Shown here: piece by piece, positions 23,701-35,428 of the stretch
How the letters are laid out: every line of letters begins with the position of its first letter
How positions within the stretch are numbered: the first letter of the stretch is position 1
Origin: Psammoneis japonica
Lineage: Eukaryota
Reading direction: 5' to 3'
Assembly (NCBI GenBank): GCA_008632985.1
Contig: QPGO01000003.1
Coordinates: forward strand, 186,001 to 250,000
Length of the DNA: 64,000 nucleotides
Program-made: the position numbers and the translations under genes
The notes under the pieces: model-generated
Database searches by the model: none
What the model was told of the DNA's origin: nothing
The model's input: only the letters and a program-made list of their open reading frames with translations

Positions 23701-25740
23701 CAACGGGTGTGAGGCAGCATGAAAGGAGAACTTGCGATGTTGAGATGTGCGTCAAAAAACGTGTGCCAAAGTGTGGGACTCTTGAAGTCGTGAGGCAACA
23801 TCAGGAGGATGCCCAATCTTTTGAGGGGGTGGAGGCGGCGAAGTCCAACCCCGCGCTAAAAATCCTTCTCCTTGTCTTGATGGTCGCCAGGCCTTTCTGG
23901 TGTTTCGTTGTTGTTGGGACGTTTCCGTGCGACACTCTGTGTGGGTTGGCTTGCCTGTGACAGTTGGACAATCTGATTCATCTGTGACTGCATGCCAGAC
24001 AGTTGTTGCGAGCAGTGGTCCCGTGTGGCCATCATGTCATTCGTGTGCTGAGTGGTGAAAGTGTCATTCAATGCTTCCATGTGCCGAGAATGTTGTGCAC
24101 GTAACTCAGTGAGGGCTTTGTCATGTTTCTCTTGCATTTGGTTCATTGTCTGTTGCACTTCTGCCAACTGTGCTGCAGTGATTGACGAGCCAGCGGTCGA
24201 CTGTGTTGCCTGTGCATGAGAGTGCTGGGAAGACGTCAAGCTTTGACATCCGGGAATGCCATGGGAAGGTGGGGAGAACTGGGAATGCTGAGTGAAAATG
24301 TGAGGAGGCACCGCCAAGCCTTGAGTCGTCCCTCGTCCAGGGTGACCTTGTCCTTCATGACCACGTCCGGCAAGTGGTTTCGAAGCAGGTTGTGTCAAAC
24401 TGGGAGCCTGATTGTCAGTCAGCGGAGAAACGTCCGAAAATGTGAGAGATTCGAGACTGCGAATGCCAGCCAAAACGACAGATTTACTTGTGTCAGACAA
24501 TTCTTCGAAAACACCTGACACTTGAGGAGGTTCCAAAAACAGGGGAGATGGGCAAGATTCTTTCGAAACAGAAGGGATCAGATTCACAACGCACGTGGAA
24601 ATGGCTGCTCGGATGGTGTCAAAGTTCCGACGGTCCACTAGAATGTTGTGTCATCCATCAACAATCGTTGATTTGAAAATGTCCTTCACTCCAGTCAGCG
24701 CTTTAAGGTGATGTTCAAAACAAAACATCATGTCCGGGGCAGTGTTCAACAGTGGCACCACAAAGGCATCTTCATTGTGACGAGCTTGCATCTTGACGGC
24801 ATTGTAAAATGCAAGAGGGGAGACATGACGAGTTTTTGCCATCACGACATGAGTCGGGAGTTTGTTCGAAGCACAGAGCAAAGCCTTGCCCGCAGTGCGA
24901 CATTCTTCGCGCAAGACTTCAACGGCAAAAGTCGCTGTCCGAAGCGGGGTGGCAAGTCCATCATTGTCGGCACGGATCAAAGCAGGTGCCAACCGAAATT
25001 GCGGCATTTTAGTGCGGAAGCCTCCGAGATCACTGATGAATGATTTGGCAGCTTCGTCGACTGGAGTGTGTTTGGTGGATGCAGCAACATGACATGCCGG
25101 AGCAGCCGTGTCAATGTCGGACTCGTTCCAGAAATGACGTTTCACACCCATGTTGTTGGAATCCAAAACACTCTGGACATGTGGATGGGAACGAATTTCG
25201 TGCAGTGGAGTCTCAGTGAGAATGCGGTGACATGGGCAATGAGTTGCCGGGCGTTTCTCGCCACTGTGATTCGTTGTGACAACAAAGTGTTGTTTGTGTT
25301 GGAGGGAAGCAATCCATTCTGCCACGTTGACATTCGTAATGCAGTTGTTGTGGTTGTCAAGAATCTGAGCATCCTTGCAGCAAGTGAACAGAATTTGCTG
25401 TAAGACTTGCAAATGGGCAGCAACAAGAGTCATGGGCTTGCACGACAATTCTTTGCCACGAATTTCAAAACGGAGGGTGATCTCTTCGAACTGACACTCA
25501 GTTGGCTCAGAAGAAAGCTTGATGGAAGACTGGTCAACAGCAACATCATCTGCCACAATGGCATCTTTGTTGCGAGCAGGGGTGTGGCTGCCGTCAGCGA
25601 CGGAAGAAGACGCCGTGGTGGTTGGCTGTTCTGCGGGGAACCTGGTGTTAAAATTGCGTGGGTAATGTCAATGCGAGTGTGCGCAGAATTGTGGTGCAGC
25701 ACAGGAAAGAGATGCTGCCACACACAACCCAGGTGAAGAC
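17750..25740 (-). mobile_element. Degenerate non-LTR retrotransposon (LINE; APE-RT-RNase H-zinc knuckle, Ambal-like)
   Basis: ORF1 about 25556-23856. ORF2 in one frame broken by TGA stops: APE (RLCTFNANG, DIVGMSE, VILFGNFN, LDFVLAT, ASDHRAHFVDF), RT (GTGQGSGNSP, GCVDDT, LELPKC), RNase H (VGSDGSV, SSHRTEACG, CDNSSLV, WVKGHQD, LNVRADTLA), CIHC...EDRNHILCCP. Ends are approximate. Confidence 0.9.
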
Positions 25741-26472
25741 GACCATCTTGAAACTTCTCATGAGTGAACATTGCAGCCTTTGGGAGCATGAAAGCTGATG
25801 AAAGCCACCAGAAGCAGACCCTTGCAAGCACGAGGCAGAGTTGCAAGGGCGCCATTGCTGCTGTCATGCCAGAGGGCATCAGCGGTGCTGGGAGCAAAGG
25901 ATTGCTGCCAATCATGACACCCAATGGCACCATCAATCAGTGGTCAAAGCAGAGTGGGGAAGACCATCAGCAGGTCAATCCAACGCAGCACCACCAATCA
26001 CATGCTTGAAGCTGCCAGGAGGGGGAAGGTGGAACTTTCTTGGCAGGGTCAAGAAGGAAGAAGCTTGGGCTTGAGTTTTGCAAACTGTGGCATGCTCTCA
26101 CATTGGCATTTCTGGCTTTTGCACTTGGTGCACCGCCATTTGGTTTGGCAACAGGTGCTGCATTTGGAGCATCGTGCACTGAATGTGACAAGGAATGCCC
26201 AGGTGCACACCACATCCAACATTTGTCCAGCGGCTGAGCTGCAAAGAACTCAAAGCTGCAGCACACAAACACATGTCCTGGCATGACTTTTCCTTCCCAG
26301 CTGTGTCAATGAAAAACCTTCCAACCATTCAAGAAGAGGTCAAGAAGGCATTGCAGCAGCACGCCATGTGCAAAAGAAGGGCAGCAAATTGTTGCATGCC
26401 GCACACAGGGCCCTGCCGGAGCTGCAGGCTGTTTCTTGCCGAAGATGAAAAAAATGTGCGCAGCCCTGCACA

Positions 26473-27458
26473 GTGCAATGTAATGGATGCACAAACATGA
26501 GGGACACCCCTCCCCTTTCGACGGATGCCGTCGTAAGAACTGTCGGTGGGTGTCTCAACCAACGCTTCCAAACGAGAGAGTTCATCATTGTGGGATCCCA
26601 TCCAGCTGCCGTGCAATGCTTCCAAACTGATCAGACCAATCTCCTCTACAATGACATTGACGTGCATTTCGAGAAACCTGGCACTGCACAGGAAACTCGA
26701 AACTCCAATCAACTCTGTGACTGTGAAGCTGCCTCTTTGAACTCGTCGGTGGTGCCAGCTGACCCCTGGGTTAACCACATTCTGAACACGAGCATTGAAC
26801 ACTTCCAGACAAATGACAGGCCCACAGAAGTGAACTTCATTGAGCTCAGAAGTGGTTGCCTGGACCTTGAGAGGTTGATTGGCGGATTTGACTGCAGTGC
26901 AGTTCAGGTTGGATTTTTGGCTGAGCCATCTTGAACGCAACCAACGCGATCGTCCGCTGGCATGCTCATTCAGAGTTTGAGCAATTTCGGTTGACTCGTG
27001 GAGATTCAAAGATCCTCAAGATCTCAAATGTTGCCCATCCCGGTGCAAGCCCTGCCTCGGCTTTTATTCGCCTGATGCACAAAGCCGAAACATTGGGATT
27101 GCGCCATCAGCTCCCGGAAGAAAAGCTGTTGTTGAGAACGGTTGACGGCCACTTTTTTGGTGAAAAGAACAAAAGGAAATTGAAAAACCTTCACCCTCAC
27201 TTAAAGAGGGAGATTCTCTCCCGTTTCCAAGTGCAGCGAGTCCTGCTCTACGGCAAAACAATGCCCGGTTTGATCAGAAAGGATGACCAACAGCCCATCA
27301 AATTTGCTCAACAAGTGTCTGCTTTCAGCGCTCTGCTCACATCAAACCGTCCTCGCCAAGCTTCTTTTACCTCTGCTTTGCCCACATTGGGTCATCCTCA
27401 TGACTCTCCCCGCCACCAAGCAAATGAGCAGAACCCATGCCTGCGCTTCTGTTGCTGA
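26473..27458 (+). pseudogene. Degenerate ORF with a nucleotidyltransferase-like motif
   Basis: IIVGSHPAA...LLYNDIDVHF and later FDCSAVQVGF resemble the hG[GS]...DhD pol-beta-type motif; interrupted at about 26932. Confidence 0.4.
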
Positions 27459-27574
27459 TGAAACCTTCACTGTGAACATCTCTCCACCCATCCGTTTGCT
27501 CTGTCAGCAAGTTGCACAGCCCGGGCACAGCATTTGCAGCATTCCACCCCAAGAGTGCAATCACTGTTTGTAGC

Positions 27575-27887
27575 ACGATGGCACGTTCTCAGCCATCAAC
27601 ATCGCAAGTGTTCGACATTCCACGGCAAGGCACCCAGACACCCACAGCCAGTGGTGCGTCAACATGGTTTCAAGAGAACGTGAAATCTTGTCTGACATGG
27701 TTGCCGGCATGGCAGTTGTTGTTTGTTTTCTTCGAGCAGAACAATTGAGCAGACTGACAACAACATAAACAGCAACAACAACAACAACAGAGCGAGCCTC
27801 TTTTTTGGTGCTGATGCACTGTGTGACCTGTGTGAGATAGATTCGATCTTTTTCCACCTGCTTCCGACAGCTTGCATTTCCATGCTG
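27575..27887 (-). pseudogene. Truncated, mutated duplicate of the prohibitin 5' end and upstream region
   Basis: MSDKISRSLETM vs MSDKILRSLGTM; ttcgatctttttccacctgcttccgaca is shared with 14809-14836. Confidence 0.9.
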
Positions 27888-27891
27888 AAAG

Positions 27892-28049
27892 TGTTTTGAC
27901 AGAGCAAATCAGTGACAAAACATGATCTGTTCAAATTGTGAGACGAGCCTCAAGTGGATCTCGGTCTTCTGCCAATGTCCTCAGAAAATGTCAAAGACAT
28001 CCGAGAACCAAGCCAACATTGTCTGTCAAGCAACGGACAGACTAAAACA
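27892..28049 (-). repeat. 3' LTR of the Copia element, preceded by a polypurine tract (28050-28057)
   Basis: TGTTTT...AAAACA termini; minus strand reads GAGGGGAA|TGTTTTAG; aligns with 33982-34172. Confidence 0.85.
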
Positions 28050-30127
28050 TTCCCCTCAATCTAGCTGGCTGGACTTGGTCACATCGACAAGCTAGATTGC
28101 TGACAAAGGAAATCATCAACATCATGTGACAGCAAATTTCAAACAAACATCCAAATGGGAAACTCCAGGCAAAACCCACGTCATTGGCACGGAACTCCAA
28201 ATGAAACCCTCTGCGTTGGCACTTTGTTCAGCCGACCATGGCCTGCTCCACCTTCCCACCAAGACAGTGCAGAATCATTCCCACCAACCAACATGCACAG
28301 TTTGCCACTCATCATGTGCTGCACCCTTTGAACAAAGTGGTGCCACACCAAGCTGTGACATTTCTTCTTCAACATTGAGAAGGGGACAGAGTGGCTGTTT
28401 GCCAGGACGACAGACTGGTTGTTCCCTGTGACAAATGCCAGCCCAATGACCGGAATCCCCATCACCCGGAGCTCATGCCAAAGCCCACAAATGCACTCCG
28501 TGCATTGCTTCATGCTGGCAAACTGTTGGACCCAAACAAGCTTGTCTCAATGCTCATCTGCTTCTTGGACATCCAGCACACAGGAGAAGAGTTGAGATGC
28601 ACTGCAAGGAATCCAGCACACGAATGGCAAGTGATTGAGTCACCTGCATGGTCTGCATCCATGAAAGCTCACAAAATCACAATGAGACCTCTGGCTTCAG
28701 GCATGTTGGCAGTCATCTTCTCCCACATGGCAAGGCCAAACTTGGAGGTTGTCCAGTCCTGTCGTGCAAACAGTGCTTCATCAATGACAGGGTCACTGGG
28801 GTCAAACACCATCTCCATGTTGTGGCACTTCTTGAGGTGTGCAAAGATGCAGTGCACCTGTTCAAGGTGTCCCTCTCATGGCAGCACCAAGTGCAAGGAC
28901 ATCGTCAACACTTCAAGACAGATGCCAACACACCCAAGCTCAACTGTCCAATGCAGGACACCATTGAGCAATTGACAGTGGGCTGCATCTGCTGGTGACA
29001 GCTCCACACTCGCATCAAGTTCAGGATGGCATGAGCTGCTGAAGGGAGTTGGGGCCTTGGCTGGCAGCTTCTTGCCCCTTGATGCCAATCAGGTCTCCAC
29101 ATTCTTGACCACCGCCTGGGTGTGCTGAGAAGAGCTGAAAGCCCATGCCTTGACTCCATTCTCAAGCTCTGCTTTTCACAAGTGACCACCCAGGTGCAAG
29201 CCAGGAGGGCCAATCAAGGCCTCCTTCAGTGGGAAGTTCTCACCAATCTCACTCCACAGAATCTTCTCAGCATTGTTTGAGATGCACAGCACATTGTCCG
29301 TGCACAGAAGAACATGCTCCCAGCACTCAGTGCCATCCTCCTCTCAAGGGCCACACACATCCACACATCAGGGTCAGCCTCACAAGGCTCAAACCCAAGG
29401 TGTGAGACACACACATGCAGGTGATTCTGGAAGTCACACCCAGCCAACTTGCCTCCATGCAAAGCCACCTTTTTGCAAGTGGAGAATGTGGTTTTGATGC
29501 AATGGTGATGCAATGTTCACGTCGTGAATTTTTTGTGTGATGTGGTGTCACTGAATTTTGCATTTGCACACAAATGCTGCCAACAGCAACAGAAAAAATC
29601 CTGAACGATGGGAGTTTTTACTTGATGACACAGGCACACATTTGCAAGAACATGATGAATGTGCCCAACTCAATGCATGTGATGATGTCATCACACATCA
29701 CCCACACCCACATCCCATGGGACCACTTGCGAAGGGGTGATGCTGAACAAATGCTGACATGCTGTCACGAACAGGCAATTTATGTGCTGTTGGTGATTGG
29801 TCCACTGTCGCTTGTTCAGTGGTCCCAGTGGCGTGACATCTCACAATTCTAGAACCTGTTGATGCTGCTCAACACTCTGTCTTGTCTTGCGCCCAATTCT
29901 TGGCTGTCATGGTGGCATTTGTTCAATGCAAAGCATGGTGAATGAGAGCATGCTTGCCCACATTCTCAAGTCCAAATTCAGGGCCACAAATGACACAGTG
30001 CTTCTGAGATGATGGAGCCTGCAAGTGTGCATTCTGGATGTTGGCCGTCATTGCATTGATGTCATTCAGGGCAGCATGCATCAATGTGGTTCTGACACTC
30101 TCCCTGGATGCAACCCCAGCGTGCATT

Positions 30128-31357
30128 GAACCCTCAGGACTGGAGGTCTTGTGGCCATCAAGCACCCATCTGGCCATCCTGTCCTTGGTCATCTTGACAT
30201 CAAAGACCAAGTGACCAGACTGCTTGGACCAGCCAACCAGAGCTGGGGTGATGTCATCAAGGACCTCAAACACAACACCTGCATCACGCATCTCCTTTGC
30301 AATTGCATGCTCCCACAGCTTGTTGCCATTCTGGTGATCGAGTTCCGGTGCTTCTTCCACAGTGTCAGGAAGCTTGACTCTGCACTTGTGTGCAACACAT
30401 CGCACACGCGCCTTGACCGCCAACACTGTGACATCTCACTTGTGCAGTGTGTGAGGTGTCCCCACCATCAGAGGGCTGGCTCATCATCCATGCCCCTCAC
30501 CTTGGCAAACTTGGCTGTTTCCACCGGACGAGCATCATGAACCCCCTCAGGACTGGAGGTCTTGTGGCCATCAAGCACCCATCTGGCCGTCCTGTCCTTG
30601 GTCATCTTGACATCAAAGACCAAGTGACCAGACTGCTTGGACCAACCAACCAGAGTTGGGGTGTTGTCATCAAGGACCTCAAACGCAACACCTGCATCAC
30701 GCATCTCCTTTGCAATTGCATGCTCCCACAGCTTGTTGCCATTCTGGTGATCGAGTTCCGGTGCTTCTTCCACAGTGTCAGGAAGCTTGACTCTGCACTT
30801 GTGTGCAACACATTGCACATGCGCCTTGACCGCCAACACTGTGACATCTCACTTGTGCAGTGTGTGAGGTGTCCCCACCATCAGAGGGCTGGCTCATCAT
30901 CCATGCCCCTCACCTTGGCAAACTTGGCTGTTTCCACCGGACGAGCATCATGAACCCCCTCAGGACTGGAGGTCTTGTGGCCATCAAGCACCCATCTGGC
31001 CGTCCTGTCCTTGGTCATCTTGACATCAAAAACCAAGTGACCAGACTGCTTGGACCAACCAACCAGAGTTGGGGTGTTGTCATCAAGGACCTCAAACGCA
31101 ACACCTGCATCACGCATCTCCTTTGCAATTGCATGCTCCCACAGCTTGTTGCCATTCTGGTGATCGAGTTCCGGTGCTTCTTCCACAGTGTCAGGAAGCT
31201 TGACTCTGCACTTGTGTGCAACACATCGCACACACGCCTTGACCGCCAACACTGTGACACATCTCACTTGTGCAGTGTGTGAGGTGTCCCCACCATCAGA
31301 GGGCTGGCTCATCATCCATGCCCCTCACCCTGGCAAACTTGGCTGTTTCCACTGGAC
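30128..31357. repeat. Tandem triplication, 413-bp period, inside Copia pol
   Basis: ccctcaggactggaggtcttgtggccatcaagc at 30131, 30544 and 30957. Confidence 0.95.
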
Positions 31358-33981
31358 AAGATTCCTTCATGTCCTCAAGGGAGACCTGCGACTCGGTCTC
31401 ATCCCTCCACAGCACAAGGAACTTCCATCCGCAGGTCATCTTGCATGTTCATTGCCACTTGCCCACCTTGGCATGCATGTTGTCCTTGGTCACAGCAGTG
31501 TCATCCTTGGCAAAATTGAGTGTGCTGTCAAAAACATTGAGTGTGCAGCCTTCAGAGTCAACTTGAGAAAGCAAGTTCTCTGTGATGACATTGGCGGCAT
31601 GTTCCTTCACCTCCCCATCAGGAAACTTGACTTCACACACTGAGGTGTTCATGATCGGGTTGTCACTGTGCACGCCAACAGCTCAGCCATCCGGGTCCAC
31701 AGCACAGCCAACAACTTTGGCTTGTTGGATCCTGTCACCTTGAGGTGGGGCAAGCTCAGCGTGAATCATCTCATTGTGCAATGGAGCTGGGTTGATGGCA
31801 CTCCCTTCAGCATCAACAGGGTCGTCAAAAATGCACTGGGTGTGTTCTTTAATGTCTGAAGAATGTGCTTGCCACCCCCACTTCTCACAGCACAAAGAGT
31901 GGCAGCAAGTTGTGGTCCATCATCAGAATGTGAAGGGCATTGTGCAGGACCAACAGGTGCATTGTCAATGAGTGTGGACAGTCATGTGCAAGAAGCACAT
32001 CAACAATCCTGATGTCCTTCATCGACTCATGCTTGGGGCTGAAGGGACTGACTTGAGCTGTGTGACTGGCATCACTCAGGACATGTGATCCCTTGCCAAC
32101 AATGACCATGTCAGCATGTGAGTCCAGTTCGGTGCACGATTCACTTTTGTCTTGAGTCTCTTTGTTTGTCTCCATTGTGACATCAGAGATTGCATGTCAA
32201 GCAATGAATTTAAAAGAAGAACAGAGTGATTGGGAACAGACAACTGCAACTTCATGGCACAAAAGATGCAATTTCTCCCCTCAAGCAAAGAGACATGGGA
32301 ACAAAGTGCCATCCCTGCATTTCATTTCTTGTTTCTGGCACAACACAAAATGAATTGCAGCGTGATGGATGGAGGCTTGAACTGGACTGACGCTGCCTGA
32401 GCAGGGGCAGCAGCAGGGGCAGGAGGTGGAGAAGGGGGAAGTGGCTGAGATGCAGATGATGCGGCCTGGACAAGGGAGAGCAGGTGGGCTCCAGCCTTGG
32501 CATCATTGGACTCAGCATCGGGCTGCTCTTCTTTCTTGTCATGGGAAGCCAGCTCAGAGGCCACAGCTTCTGAAATCATTTTCTTGATTTTCTTGTGTTG
32601 GCCACGCACCACTGCTGGCGCAACTTTGGATCCTCCTTCTTCTGAGACAAAGTCTCTTGAGTCTCCCTCCCACCCTTCAGTTCAGTCTTCTGTTTGGAGT
32701 TCGGTTTCCAGCATTTGGTCTGAGTGTGCCGGAGCTCCACACCTGCACTGCCAATCCCGGACTTGACAGTGATGAAGTGAGCTGCAGAGACTTCAGCATG
32801 AGGATGTTTTGCAGTGTGCTTCTTTGTCACAGGATCACAGGGCCAAAGACAGGTGGCTGTGGCCTTGAAGTCACTTTGTTTTCCATTTGGTCTGTGGCAT
32901 TGTTGTGAACCAGAGCCATTGCAGCCTGCAATGGCACATCAGACATCTCAACAGCATCCAGGAGATGCGTGACATGTGCACACTCATTTGGAAGCTGGTG
33001 GGTGACATGTTCCATGCACTGTTGCACAGAGACAAAGGCGTTGTGATGCTGGACAACAAATTGATCAAGAGAGAAGTTCAGTTGGGCCCTCCACTTGCAA
33101 GTGTGGATGAAATCCTCTTGCTTCTTGACTTTGGCTGCCCGCTTGTCCTTGCTGGCATGCTGCAATGTCAATGCAATCCACGCCGCTCTTCCATCCTTCC
33201 TGCACTGAAAAGGCTTGATTGACGCTGCATGTGAAGTCCCATGAGTGGCTTGCTTGAGTGCACAATGCACCAAGGAGTTGTCCTCTCAAAACAATGGGTG
33301 AGCATGGCCAGAGCAAGCCATGAGCTTGTCTTTGACAGAACCATGTGCATCAGAGCAGGGTTGATTTGCAGTGAGTGCTGGCACCGCAGGGTCAACTGCA
33401 ACAGTCTCTCAGGTGACACATGAGAGTGGAGTGACCTGACCTCCAATGACAGGCTGCAGGTGATCACGGAATGCTTCAGCCCATTTCACAATCAGTGGTG
33501 ACATGGTGATCCCAGGAACTTCTGGGTCATCCTTGTTCTTCCTGCCTTTGAGAGCCTCCCAGGCGCCTGTTGGAAATTCTTGAGGACCAGATTCCAGCTC
33601 ATGTTGGTGGCAGACAACTCACAACCCACAGCCTCATGGCAGTGCGCCGCCTGCCTTGCAACCTTGAGACGCGCCATGCTCTTGGTTCCAACAACAAATG
33701 TTGGTGTTTGCCAAATGACAGCACCAGCAGCTGTGCCAGGATTGGGGTCTGGAACAGCACTCTCTGGTTGTTTGAGGTTCTCAAAGACTTGATTGAGACC
33801 ATCCTTGTTGAAGTCAGTGAGGTCAGCAACACATTTGAGACCTTTGACAGCCAGCTGCAACCGAGTTGAATTGGGCAGACCCATTTCTTGGTCATCCTCC
33901 TTGAAGAACAAGGTGGTCTGTGCCACAGCAAATGCCATTGCTTCAGCAAGTCAGGGCATGGCTCTGACAAAGGGCCAAAAG

Positions 33982-34172
33982 TGTTTTGATGGAGCAAATC
34001 AAAAACAAAATGTGATCCATTCAAATTGTGAGATGATCCTCAAGTGAATCTCTCGGTCTTCTGCCAATGTCCTCAGAACGTCAAAGACATCTTACAGAGT
34101 CTTGCTTTCTGAGAACCAAACCAACAAGTGTGCCAGTCACTTTGTCTGTCAAGCAACAGTCAGACTGAAATG
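33982..34172 (-). repeat. 5' LTR of the Copia element
   Basis: tgttttga...tcaaattgtgaga...cctcaagtg...tcggtcttctgccaatgtcctcagaa...tgtctgtcaagcaac...cagact shared with the 3' LTR; TGG (PBS-like) a few bases inside on the minus strand. Confidence 0.85.
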
Positions 34173-35428
34173 TCTGCATGCATCTGGTGGTCGTTCCAAA
34201 CATTTGGCAGATTCTTCGTCGTCGTCATGTTGTTTTGTGTTTGACTTTGGGCACCTGACAGATGCGCGCACACGATGTGCCATGTGCTGACCTTTGCTTG
34301 TTGTTGGTTTGGGTGGCAGACAAAAGTTTTCCAGAAAAACACAGAAATGGAGTGCTTGCTGTTGGCCACAAATGACTTGGCTGCCTGGACTGGGATGGCA
34401 CACCTGTGAGCATCACATGGGGAGATTCTTCTTTGCAAAGAAGGCAGCCCCTTGACTTCTTGATGCGGCATGCAAACCACCTTGTGTGTTTCTGAGGCTG
34501 AGAGGTGGGTGAGTTCTTGCCCGATGAGTGTGTCAGAGCCAGGAGTGATCATTTTGTCATGCCAAGTCCCCTCTGAGCCCCCAAGTGCTCACAGAGAATT
34601 GTTTGCACGCCCATTTGCACGGAGAAAATCAAATCCCACAATTTGGGTGTGCGGCCTTCAAACATCTCAAAAAAAGAAAGCCGAGTGGGCCATTTTGTGT
34701 GGAAAGTGACCAGATGAAGCAGGGTGGTGTGTGAAAGATTTCTGCCAAATCACAGCTCTCGGTGTGATGTCACAACCTCTGTCTGTCACTCCCGAAGTTG
34801 TGCAGCAAACACACACCACATGCTCCATGCTGTGCACAAAAAGACAGGCTCCAAATGCTGGCATGTCATGTTTGCTGGTCAATTTGTTGAGTTGTTTGGG
34901 ATCCCTTCCTTTTTTCTGTGCATTTCCTGTGCAAAGTTGGCTCCACAATTTCCCGCCTCGTGAGAAAGCACAGTGTGCTGTGTGTGTGAGAAGAATGATG
35001 GCTGACACCGACAGAAGAACGCTTTTCCAGAACTTTTGCACTTAGAAGCAGACAGCGTTGCTTGACAGATGTGCTTTTTGGTTTCGAAATGTCTGATTGT
35101 CAATCGCAAGTGATTGTTGAATTTCACGGAAGAAGCACGATGGAAATCTTTCGCTCACCCCCGCCCGCCGCGCCCTTTTCAAAATTATCCATCTGCCATC
35201 ACGGATGGACATCTATGAGGTCATTGTGGCATGTTTTGTCGGATCTCGGGTCATCGGGGCTTAAGTGACAGTCTCAATCAAGCAATCAAGTGCTTCCATC
35301 ACCCGAAACAAAAATTTCATCACTGTGCGGTGCCGTATCATCAATATAATGCGGCATCGTTTCACAACAAAGAGGATGGTCATGTCTTTGGATCGAATGT
35401 GCAGAAGTCAGAATTAAATGTCATATTC

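Larger units (their letters stand above)
27892..34172 (-). mobile_element. Degenerate Ty1/Copia LTR retrotransposon (diatom CoDi-like) with internal deletions
   Basis: Two LTRs; gag (33938-32830, KPFQCRKDGRAAW); protease TELDSHADM; CEVKFPDGEVKEHAANV; RT (ARWVLDGHKT, NIQNAHLQAP, GFEPCEADPDVWM); RNase H remnants (NNQSVV...LKKKCHSLVWHHFV). No integrase core seen. Confidence 0.92.

Noticed and set aside
17750..25556. In-frame TGA in LINE ORFs read as selenocysteine or an alternative genetic code
   Set aside because: Neighbouring intact genes end in TGA (pyruvate kinase, M64 copy D); CGA>TGA and similar decay explains these stops.
30128..31357. Regularly spaced repeats as a CRISPR-like array
   Set aside because: Contiguous 413-bp units of Copia pol with no unique spacers.
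27887..34177. Target-site duplication for the Copia element
   Set aside because: Flanks gaaag and tctgc do not match; the outer LTR end is decayed.
14851..35127. Dense overlapping Cys/His/Gln-rich ORFs in all six frames (also 0.8-2.3, 46.6-51.8 and 55-56.6 kb)
   Set aside because: Loss of TpA removes TAA/TAG stops and Tyr codons, so spurious ORFs lengthen; only those with TE motifs were kept, as relics.
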